A stretch of DNA of 62,985 bases, counting the filler, from Chiloscyllium plagiosum (lineage: Eukaryota): the NCBI RefSeq assembly GCF_004010195.1. It is 11 parts of 11 records of this genome, joined end to end, with 100 filler letters (N's around TTAATTAATTAA, not from the genome) between each part and the next. Parts side by side here need not be neighbours in the genome. Positions count along the whole stretch, not along the records: positions 1 to 29,436 come from NC_057746.1; 10 more parts are not named here. The stretch is one strand, 5' to 3'. The notes beneath the pieces are model-generated. The model was not told where the DNA came from. It saw nothing but the letters and a program-made list of their open reading frames with translations, and did not search any database. A program made the position numbers and the translations under genes. The first letter of the stretch is position 1; the number at the start of each line of letters is the position of its first letter. Shown piece by piece: positions 12,901 through 24,900 of this stretch.

Positions 12901-15900
12901 ACGGGGCACTGGTACCAATATTCAGAAAAGAGACCTTTTTTTAAGGATGGTCTTTGTTTGAACTGGGCTGGGTTCATTGTCCTGAAATAATATATCTAGG
13001 CAGTCTTGAAACTGATGGTTTGAGGCTGGCAGGTTTGGATGATAGGAGATTTAGAAATCTAACAAGGGAAATAGAGATAATGGAACAGTGGAAAGATTTG
13101 GGCATAAACAAGAATGGGAAAAGAAACAGAGTTTGACATTAATACTGCAGCAGAGAATAAGGTCCATGCAAATAGTAGTAGCAAATACTCAAAGGCATTT
13201 TAACTGAATTTGCAAAGTATTTGTAATAAGATGGATCAACCATAGGTACAAGTTAGAAATAGATAGTTCATATCTAATCATCATTGTGAAACGCAGTTTG
13301 CAAACTGACCAAAGCTGGGAAATAAATATCACAAGAATACAAAATTTTGGAAAGACAGGAAGAGTGGTGGAGGAGGAGGAATAATAGAGGAGAAAGTGAG
13401 GACTGCAGATGCTGGAGATCAGAGCTGAAAATGTGTTGCTGGAAAAGCGCAGCAGGTCAGGCAGCATCCAAGGAACAGGAGAATCGACATTTCGGGCATA
13501 AGCCCTTTTTCAGGAATAATAACCTTACAGCAAAAAACATGGTAAAGCAGGACATTTCCAAACCTGTCGGCCATTCCCCCTCCCCAGTTGCAGGATTAAA
13601 TTTTAGTGTCTCTAGCTCCAAGATGGTACTGGTGGTCAGAGGGGCTCAGAGAGAGTTTTGTCAGCTGCAAGACTCCTTCAGATGTTTGTGCTTTTGTTAT
13701 GTTGTTTCTTCGAGATCCGATTGCTGCTACAACCATGATCTGTAAGATGCTGGGTCTTCCCTTTTTTCATAGGGTTAAAGCTAGTAGATCTAAAGCCCTA
13801 CCTTTTAAACACAAAGAGCTGTCCCACAAACCACTTCACCTGCACCCCACCCTCCCCCTTAGTCCTCTTCCCACGGTTTTCAATCCAGAGTCACACACAA
13901 TCTGAAACTTTAAAATGGGGTCCCATCAAGATGGTGTTTGGGTAGCACTGTCATCACAGCAAGACTGGGAAAGGAAGTTGGTGCAGAGGATCAGGAAGTA
14001 AAACACGTGCAGACGAAGAGCAGGAATCACAAGACTCAGAAACACAAGTGGAACAGTTTAAAGGCCCCCTCACAGCGATTTCACTGAGACAGAGAACATT
14101 AAGCAAAAAAATAGTCGAAGCATGCAACAAAGAATATGCAATAATGTTTGTGGGCTGTTTTCTTATTGGATTTGTATCTGACTGCTTAAATAGGAACTAC
14201 GAGACGTAACCTTTTAACTTTCATTCGTGTAGAGTATATTGATTGTATCAGTCTAACAGCTTTCTCCCTCAGTCCCAGCTCTCTCCCCCTCCCCCATATG
14301 TATCCAGACATCAATTCGTCATCAACAGCCAGCAACCAACATCTCTTCTAATCCTTACTACAGTAATTTCTGTATTATTAGTTTTGAACAGATTTCTGAA
14401 AAAGAAAGTTGCAGAATCATCTATGGGTCAAGTGCAAGGTACTTTCCAGCTTGTGTTATGCAATGAAGCATAATTCAATTAATAATCACATATTAGTCGA
14501 CTGTATGATAAAAGGTATTCATAATACAATGAATTCCATCTTACGTTTGGGAAAAAACCCTCCAATCTCAAATCGTTAAATCGTTATGAAGAGAATATTA
14601 ACTAAAGTGAAATTGTAAATAAAATTACAAGGTATAATGCTTAATCAATGGAGAAAAATATTTAAAACTACATGTTCAATGAAAATACACTTGATTGAGA
14701 AAAAGGACTGAGCAAGAATAATCCAATTATGGCCTGCTAAAGAAACTAGGAAGAAAATGGGGTAAAAGATAGAACAGAAAAGTAAACCAACCAGGGATAT
14801 GAAAGCAGATCTTTTACAAAGAAATAAGTGAAAGTAAACATTGATCTCTTAGAGGCAAAATAAATTGTAATGAGTGATAAAAGAATGAGAGACCTTGTAC
14901 AAATATTTTGGCTCTATATAAAATAGGTAACGTTACATTCCAGAAATAGGGAGTGATCAAAAAGCGAACAATAAGGCAATTCATACCAGCAGAAACAGTC
15001 CAGTGCTCACTGAGTGCTTCAGTGAAATGACAGCCAAGATTTAGTGCTCAAGGACTAATTGTGTCTCAGATGTGCTCACTGCTGCTTGCCCATGACCAAT
15101 TTCAAGTCCAAATTCCCCTCTCCTCCCCCGCCAACCACTAAGAAGGAAGCTAGGAATATAATGGGGTAAAAGATAGTGAATGAAGGTGAACCAACTCGAA
15201 TATAAAAGCAGATATTTTACAAGGATCTTTTATTATGTTGCCAGGCAGCAAATCCAAGACGTAGAAGTAGATTTTCAACACATATAAAGTTTCTAGTATA
15301 ATGAGAGTGGATATGACAATGACATGGCAATTTATAATATAATTTAACAATGACATCAGCTGTCATGTGCAGGAGCCTATAAAGACAGGATAGAATGTTC
15401 TGTGCTTCTGAGAGATGAACTTGCAGTGTTATGTGCATTGATGTAATTTCTAGGGTTTGTAAATCTCTACTAGAGTCAGTCTGAGGGCAATCATTATAGT
15501 CCACATACAACCTGAAGGAGTTAGGATAGCTATCTCTTCAATGTGCAGAACAGAACACTGAGCCATATGTCTCATGACAACACAAACTATGGTAATAGTA
15601 AGTAGAACATGGGACATAGAACATTACAGCGCAGTACAGGCCCTTCGGCCCTCGATGTTGTGCCAACCTGTCATACCAATCTGAAACCCATCTAACCTAC
15701 ACTATTCCATGTACGTCCACATCCTTGTCCAATGACGACTTAAATGTACTTACAGTTGGCCAATCTACCACCATTGCAGGCAAAGTATTCCATACCTTTA
15801 CTACTCTCTGAGTAAAGAAACTACCTCTGACATCTGTCCTATATCTATCACCCCTCAATTTAAAGCTATGCCCCCTCGTGCTCGCCATCACCATACTTGG

Positions 15901-18900
15901 AAATAGGTTCTCCCTGTCCACCCTATCTAACCCTCTGATTATCTTATATGTCTCTATTAAGTCACCTCTCAACCTTCTTCTCTCCAACGAAAACAGCCAC
16001 AAGTCCCTCAGCCTTTCCTCGTAAGACCTTCCCTCCATACCNNNNNNNNNNNNNNNNNNNNNNNNNNNNNNNNNNNNNNNNNNNNNNNNNNNNNNNNNNN
16101 NNNNNNNNNNNNNNNNNNNNNNNNNNNNNNNNNNNNNNNNNNNNNNNNNNNNNNNNNNNNNNNNNNNNNNNNNNNNNNNNNNNNNNNNNNNNNNNNNNNN
16201 NNNNNNNNNNNNNNNNNNNNNNNNNNNNNNNNNNNNNNNNNNNNNNNNNNNNNNNNNNNNNNNNNNNNNNNNNNNNNNNNNNNNNNNNNNNNNNNNNNNN
16301 NNNNNNNNNNNNNNNNNNNNNNNNNNNNNNNNNNNNNNNNNNNNNNNNNNNNNNNNNNNNNNNNNNNNNNNNNNNNNNNNNNNNNNNNNNNNNNNNNNNN
16401 NNNNNNNNNNNNNNNNNNNNNNNNNNNNNNNNNNNNNNNNNNNNNNNNNNNNNNNNNNNNNNNNNNNNNNNNNNNNNNNNNNNNNNNNNNNNNNNNNNNN
16501 NNNNNNNNNNNNNNNNNNNNNNNNNNNNNNNNNNNNNNNNNNNNNNNNNNNNNNNNNNNNNNNNNNNNNNNNNNNNNNNNNNNNNNNNNNNNNNNNNNNN
16601 NNNNNNNNNNATTAAACTCCATTTGCCACCTCTCAGCCCAGCTCTGCAGCTTATCTATGTCTCTCTGTAACCTACAACATCCTTCGTCACTATCCACAAC
16701 TCCACCAACCTTAATGTCATCTGCAAATTTACTAACCCACCCTTCTACGCCCTCATCCAGGTTGTTTAGAAAAATGACGAACAGCAGTGGACCCAACACC
16801 GACCCTTGCGGTACACCACTATTAACTGGACTCCAGGATGAACATTTCCCATCAACCACCACCCTATGTCTTCTTTCAGCAAGCCAATTACTGATCCAAA
16901 CTGTTATATCTCCCACAAGCCCATTCCTCCGCATTTTGTCCAATAGCCTACTGTGTGGAACCTTATAGAGATTCTGATTTAATCATGTATTGGAGCCACA
17001 GGAAAACATCAGCAGATAATCTCAAAAGAGGTAAAGAAAAATATCAGAAGACTCTTACTGGGGCAAGTCAGTCATGATGTGAGCAGCAGTCAAACTCAGA
17101 GAGCCTCCTCACAATAACATTGAAGAAACAATTGTATCGAGCAGTATTGAGCTGTGTGCCATTGAGCAGAGACATCAGATCTTTATGTTCCACTCGGAAG
17201 TCAGGCCTTTGAGACAGGTTGGAAGAGAGCACTGCAGATTCAGAATCTCCCCTTAAAGGCATTCAAGGCCCATTTCATCCCAGAGCAATACCTGCAATCG
17301 AGTGAATGTGATTTATTCAGAGAGCCCAGATTCCAGGGAAATCCATTGAATCAGTTCTGACAGGCCTGTGAGAGTTTGTTAGTTGACGTGAGTGTGGAGC
17401 ATTGAGAGTTGAGCTTATTCGTGATCGGGTCATCATCAGACTCTGCAGTGAAAAGCTATTAGTTTTCTTTAGGGCTAAACACTGGGATTTAACACCTAAA
17501 CAAGCAGTTCATTACAGTGTTTAAGGCAAAGGAAAAACACAGAATTGGGCAATAATGTGGGAAAATGCCTAAATTTTCGATGATTCAGTTAGTCAGGTAG
17601 ATCAGAAGTGCCAGGGTTGGACAGTTTGAGTTATAGGGAGAGGCTGAATGGATTGGGACTCTTTTCCCCGGAGTGTTAGAAGCTGAGGGGTGATCAGATT
17701 TATAAAATCATGAGGGGCATGGAAAGGGTAAATAGGCAAGATCTTTTCCCTGGGGTGAGGGAGTCCAGAACTAGAGGGCATGGGTTTAAGGTGAGAAGGG
17801 AAAGATTTAAAAGGAACCTAAGGGGCAACTTTTTCCTGCAGAAGGTGGTACGTGTATGGAATGTGCTGCCAGAGGATGTGGTGGAGGCTGGTACAATTGC
17901 AGCATTTAAAAGGCATCTGGATGGCTATATGAATAAGAAGGGTTTGGTGGGATACGGGCCAAGCGCTGGCAAATGGGACTAGATTGATTTAGAATATCTG
18001 GTCAGCATGGACAAGTTAGACCGAAGGGTCTGCTTCCATGCTGTGTATCTCTATTACTCAGTGAGACAGCCCTCCTCACTCAAAAGCCTGTGGACACAGG
18101 GAAAGAGCAGGAAAGTAGAAACTAGGGATAGGAATAATCCCATTTGGCCCCTCCAGCCTGCTCATTATGACTGTGGCTGACCATCCAACGCATCACCCTG
18201 TTCTTTCTGCTTTTCTCCCATTTTCTTTGCTACCTTTAAGTGCGATATCCAACACTTTCCTGAAATCATACAATGTCTTGGTCTCAACTGCTTTCTGTTG
18301 TAGCAAATCCCACAGGGTCACCACTCTCTGGGTGAAGAAATGTCTCTTCATTTCAGTCCTAAATGCTTCAGCCAAGTGTCCTTTGACTGTGGCCCCTGGT
18401 TCGGGAAAGCAGTACAGCAGCCATTTAATCGTGTTCGCCTTATGGAGCTCAGCAAACCATGGAGTACAAGAGAAATGGAGGAACGGCCAGGAGTTGAAGG
18501 AAGACCGGTCACTTGCAGCAAGTTCTCAGATCAAAAATTATAGCAAAAGGGAAAAGAAATGACACCTCTAAAAACCAGATGCTTCAAGAAATTGGAAGTT
18601 AAAAAAAATCTCTTATGGGTAGTTACGGAGGAAAACCGGAGATTATGTTCAGTCACCCTAGAAACAAAAGGCTTCGCAAAAGAATTTAAGATAAGCACTG
18701 ATATTGGTATGACGATCTTGGCAAGCCTTTTGCAATGGCCCCAAGAAGGAGTTGTAACCGGCAAAGCTCAGATTGCAGTTGACATATTGTCTCAAGATAC
18801 AGTGGATTTCGATTTCGATTTAGACTTTGTTGTCATGTGTACAAAAGTACAGGAGTGCAGTGAAAAGTTTTCAATGCTGTCCCACACAGTGCCATCTTAG

Positions 18901-21900
18901 GTACAAGCACTTAGGTACAAAAACTTAAGAACGAATAGAAAGAACAAAGTTAAAAGCTAAACATTACAGTTGCTCTTAGCATAGCTGGAAAAATTAAAGA
19001 ATAAAATGAAACAATACAATCCTTCTTCACATTATGTCAAAAAAAAAAGAAATAAAGCTAAATGTTCAGCCATTGCTTAGCTGTTCTGGAACTGCACTTC
19101 CTAAAAGGCTCATCCTCCTACACTTTCTACACACTCGCTCGATGTTCCGTCATCACTGCAAATGTCGAGGGATCCTCCATGGCTGCGTTGGATCTCAGGG
19201 AGGAGAAAATTAGAACTGCAAATGCTGAAACTCAGAGTCAAGAGTGTGGCACTGGAAAAGCACAGCCAGTCAGGCAGCATCTGAGGAGCAGGAGAATCGA
19301 CGTTTTGGGCATAAGCGCTTTGGGCTGTAAGCACCACACTCTCGATGCGTTGGATCTCAGACTGACAAAGCTCTGATCAAAGTCCCACCCAAGCAGATCC
19401 TCTGTCTCACCTTTGGTCCATGCACAGGCATCTGGAATTCACTGAGAGTCCTGGGTCAGGCCCCAGCTGCTGCCTAACATGAGACATCTAGCTAGCCGCC
19501 AAATTCAACGAGCCCGATACTGCCGCCGCCACTGCCTTGCCCCAGAAGGTAAGTTTGTAGACAAAAAAAACTTTAAAAAAAATTAAAACTGAAAGAAAGG
19601 AAACAATAATAGAGAAGGAAGAAGAGCAGGCCAAATGGCCAAGACTATTCAGCCACCATCTTGCAGACGTGGGGACTGCCATAAGTCTGCACAGTGCTGT
19701 CACCACAATCAAGCTCTTCAACAGAGATAAAATAATATGAGAAAGAAAAGAGGATCAGGAAAGAGAGGGGAGGAGAAGAAAAAAAAAGAAAATTGGGTGG
19801 AGTGAACGATACCCAGGATCGGAAGCCCTACTCTGCTGCCGTTGTATTGAATAAAAAGCTTTGGTCTTTGTTATGGGCAACAAAAAAATGCTTCTACTTC
19901 TAAAACAAATTGTTTGCCAGCTTCTAAGAAGAAATTTCAAAAAACCAGGGACTGCTAAAGTTTGGTGCAGAATAGCCCACATCAGAAAATTCTGTCAAGA
20001 AGGTTGGGCAAGTGATCAGATGTGATGGAAGCATCATGACCTCAGCAGACCATATTGTATGACAGTGGTCCACAATTTGTGAATTGGTACTTTGTGATGG
20101 ATGATTTTTCAATCTTTAATCACAGCCTGCTAACACGAAAGGCAATGCCCAAAGAAATTCTTCAGAAAGTCTATGGAGATCACTTGGAAAAAAACAAGTT
20201 TAGAGTTTGCGTGTAATGAATGATGGTCAGGAACTATTTTAAAAAAAATGGTGGATTTACTCTGCCACACGTGTATAATCCAGAAACTGCCTGGCACCAG
20301 CAGAACTATGATTTTTTTCTTGAGATCTCTCTGACAGGCCATGGAAATTTGGAAATGGACCTCTTCCACTTTCAAGGGAACCAGCATATTTTATCAAAGT
20401 AGATATTTCTCTATGTGACTAAACATTGCCAGACTTCACACTATAACTGAGGCAGTGATCAAATCACTGTGGAACATCTTTTCACAAAGAGTTTTTCAGA
20501 TAAGTTTGTTTTAGTCAGTGGCCCACAATTTGTGAATTAATCCTTTCAGAGATTCACAGCATCTAAAAATGCAAATAAGGAGCTGAAGTGGATCGTTCAG
20601 TCCCCTGAGGCTGCTCTGCAATTCATTGCTGATCTCTATGTGTCTTCAACTCTACATTCCCATCTACCCCTGAAGACCTTTGAAAATCAAAGTATACTGC
20701 ATGCATCAGCTCTCCTTTATCAATTCTCTTAGGAACTCCAATAAGCTTGTCAAACATGGTTTTCCATTCACAAACTCATGCTAACACTGCTCAATCAGAT
20801 CATTATTAACCAAGTGTCTATTTATCCCTTTCTCTATAGAATTTTCCCTGCTACTTTTGTAAAGCTATAGACTGTTGTTCCCAGTTTTCTCTCTCACTTC
20901 ATTCTTAAATAGTTGGGTGTCATTTGCTATTGTTCAACCTGCAGGAATCATTCAGAATTATAAAGAATATTTGAAGGTAATCACCAATACCTAACCCAAA
21001 GCTTATCTTTTATAGTCACCCCCTTCAACACTTAAGGATGTATACCATCAGATTCAAGTGATTCGTCTACTTTCAACCCCTTTAATTGCTCCAATACAAT
21101 CTTCTTTACTCATACTAACATCCTTCAACTCCTCATTCTCCCTAATCACTTGGATCTCTAGTTCTGGGAGACTTATGCTTTTTCCTCCCGCAAAATAGAT
21201 GCAAAGTAATCACTTTGCTTTTCTACCAATTCTATATTCCACATTTTAACTTATCCTAACTCTGCCTTTAATGGACTCATTCATTTTAGCCAACTGTTTC
21301 CATTTTACGTATCTTTTGCAATTTTTCCAGTTTATATTTATATTTCTGCAAGATTAAATTTCTAATTTATTCTTCCTTTCCTCAAAATCTTCTTGGTCCT
21401 CAGGCAACTGTTTCAGGCAACTTTATAGACCTTTGATTATAACCATATATACTCCTGAACTTCTTTTGTCTGTCATGATGTCTAGCTTTTTTTAGTTTGG
21501 AGGAATGGATAGTTGCTGAGGTCATTAGATTAGATTAGAATACCTACAGTGTGGAAACAGGCCCTTCGGCCCAAACGGTCCACACCGACCCTCCGAAGTG
21601 TTATCCACCCAGACCCATTTCCCTCTGACTAATGCACCTAACACAGTATGGGCAATTTAGCATGGCCAATTCACGTGATGTGCACATCTTTGAACTGTGG
21701 GAGAAAACTGGAGCACCCGGAGGAAACCCACGTAGACACAGGGAGAATGTGCAAACCCCACACGGACAGTTACCCAAGGCTGGAATCGAACCTGAGACCC
21801 TGGTGCTGTAAGGCAGCAGTGCTAATCACTGAGCCACCGTGCCGCCCATGTAATAGTTCTCTAGAAGACATGCCTGTAGAAAGGAAATGGATAGTTTTTT

Positions 21901-24900
21901 AAAGTATTTGCTCAATTCCCCTCAATCAATTTGTGCCTCATGCCTTCAGCATTTCTCTAGATGGAAGTGGTCATGGGTTTGGAAGGTGCTGTCTAAGGAT
22001 CTTTGGTGAAGATGAGATCCCTGATTTGGGCTGTTAATCTGGCCAAATCAGGGAGCCCTAGCTGACAGATAAAAGCAAGAGTGGGTCCCATACTTCCCGC
22101 GGGAGCCTGTGCCCCACAACCTGAACCGCCTCCGAAACTTTAATTTTGTCTCATTTAGGGATGTAACAAGGAAAGCCCTGTATAGACTGCTGCTGCACAC
22201 CGTCCACCTCTTCTCCCTCATCCACCGTCCGGACACGCCTTGGCGTGCCCATTTGCCACCAGGCGGCGGGGATCCCCAGTGGAGGGCTCTCTATGCGGGA
22301 GTCCTCCCCCTTTCTCTCGGGGATCTGGGGTGGAGGGTGCTGCACGCAGCAGTCCCCTGCAACCGCAGATTGCGGTGGTTCACGGACTCCCAGCCCAACT
22401 GCTTGTTCTGTGGCGCCGTGGAGTCCGTGGACCACGTGTATATTGGGTGTGGGCGTTTGCACTCCATTTTTGATTTCCTTAAAAACCTTCTCCTCTGTTT
22501 TTGGCTGCACTTCAGTCCCACGCTCCTGATCTTTGGGCACCCGGTACGGAGGAAGGAGGGCAGGTCTGAAGACCTCCTCGTGGGCCTGCTCCTGGGCCTG
22601 GCCAAACTGGCCATCAACAGGTCCAGGCAGCGGGCCGTGGAGGGGGTCGTTAAGGCCGACTGCCTGCCCCTCTTCCGCGGTTACGTTAGAGCCCGGGTGT
22701 CCTTGGAGAAGGAGCACGCGGCGTCGACCAACACCCTGGAGTTGTCCAGGGAGAGGTGGGCGCCGCAGGGAGTGGAGTGCATCATTTCTCCCTCCAATTC
22801 TATTTTGATTTAGTCCCTACCCTCCCCTTCACTGTTTTGATCACACAGCACTGCCCTTTGATGTGAAGGGCAGTGTTTGTCACTGGCCACCTGGGTGTTT
22901 TCCTATCTTCCTGGTGGTGGAACTTGAATAAAGATTCGTGCACTTTGTGTCTTTCACTGTGTCTCACACCTGCACACACACACACACACATACACACCAT
23001 GGGTGCTGGGGAAATAAAATAAGAAAAAAAAATATAAACAGGAGTGGGACATGCCCTGACGTACTCATTAAAAAAAAACAAGAGTGACAGATAAAAGCAC
23101 TCTGATCTGGTTCTGAGGGAGCTGGAATAATGTCAAGGACTTTCCACGTGTAAGTAAAGGATGACTTGGTGATAGGAAAACAGCTTCTGTGGAATTATTT
23201 CAGTAACTTTATGTCATCTACCTTGTTGTGAATGCTGTGTGCAGTTACTTGACAGTGCAATTTAATATGGCCCAGAGTTGGGAAGTTAGAAAACACAGTC
23301 CTCAGGCAGAGCAATCGCATTGTCATATTGACCAAACCAGATAGGAATGTTCAGAAGGACCCAAAAAGTATCAAGACTGAATGAGTGTAATGCCCATAAA
23401 CTGTGAGATACTGAGAAAGAACTACATGGACTATTGTACAGAATTACAATTACATCACAGAAATGGTTGAAGCCTCTTGCCCTTGATCAGTGGTGATGAG
23501 AGTAAGACCAGAATAAACTATAAGATGCTGCAAAAACACAACCTGTGAAGTTCAGATATTGCTGTTGGTTGGGGGGTGTTAATGGTGGAAGAAATGGTTA
23601 AATAACATCCATGTAAAAGTTGAGAAAAACTTGGGGGCACTGTGGTATTATAATAATGCATATGATGATGATGATATAGAACATGATATCGTGTTTATTT
23701 AATCAGTTATATGCACAAGATGGTGAAAAAATGATGGAATAGTTTTTACTTGTAAGAGACATATGTCCAGTTACTCTTTTTTTACACAACAGTGTAAATA
23801 AAAGGCTTTGCAAAAACCTATTAGAGACAGACAGCAGTCATTCTTAAGTAAATGGGGAACCATTACCAGCCATAGATTTCAAAGAAGAGACTGGGGCAGT
23901 TATCCTCCCATGTCCTGAATAGATTTTTGTTGTTGTTGTGTCACCATAGTTGTATCAGACTACAGGGGCTGCTCTCTCATTAGAAAGAAGTGACTGGTGG
24001 TGATTCAGCCTGAGGGCCACCTGACCTCAGGCAAGGGAAGAAGTTGAGAAGGAGAGTCCTTTATCGTAACCTCATACCATGATGGGAATCGAACCCTTGT
24101 TATTGGCGTCACACTGCTCTGTAAAGCAGCAAGCCAGCCAACTGAGCTAAACCAATTCCCCTTGAATAGAACAATGAGCCAGAAGCCTTTAGCAATACAG
24201 CCAAAGCTGGCCTTTATTTCGGTGGGAATTAGGTGTTTGTCAATAGCTGAGGTTTGAGAATGATCAATCGTGCCACCTCTTGGTAATGTAATCCTGGGAG
24301 CAATGACAACATACAAACAGGCTAATTCAGAACTGAATGGGTTCAGGAACAGAGGAATAATCATGATCTTATTCAAATGTGTTTCAGAAGTCCCAAGAAA
24401 CAGCGCTGGACACTCACATCTTGAAATGTTAGGATTCGTGATCATTCCACTGGCTATTATAGTTGGAATAATCGGATTAGTAATGTGGAAAAGGACTCAG
24501 AGAGGTGAGTATCAGAGGAAATAGAATATCAAACCAGGCAGCCTCGACCATCACTAATCATTTTCCCTAACGAGACAGCATCCTTACTGTGCTCTGGGAC
24601 TCTGGTGGCTTGACCTATTTATATGGGTAGTCTAGTTCAGTTTCTGTTCTGTTGTAACCTCTAGGATGCCACAGAGGTTTAGAAGGAGGGCCTGTTTCCA
24701 CACTGTAATGTAATGTAATCTAATCTAAAAAAAAAATATGGGTAGTCTAGTTCAGTTTCTGTTCTGTTGTAACCTCTAGGATGCCACAGAGGTTTAGAAG
24801 GTGAGTCCTTCATGGTAACCTAAGCTGGAAGGTGAATTGAACCCATGCTGTTGGCATCACTCTGCATTGCACTGTATTCTGGATGTGGTCTCACCAAATC

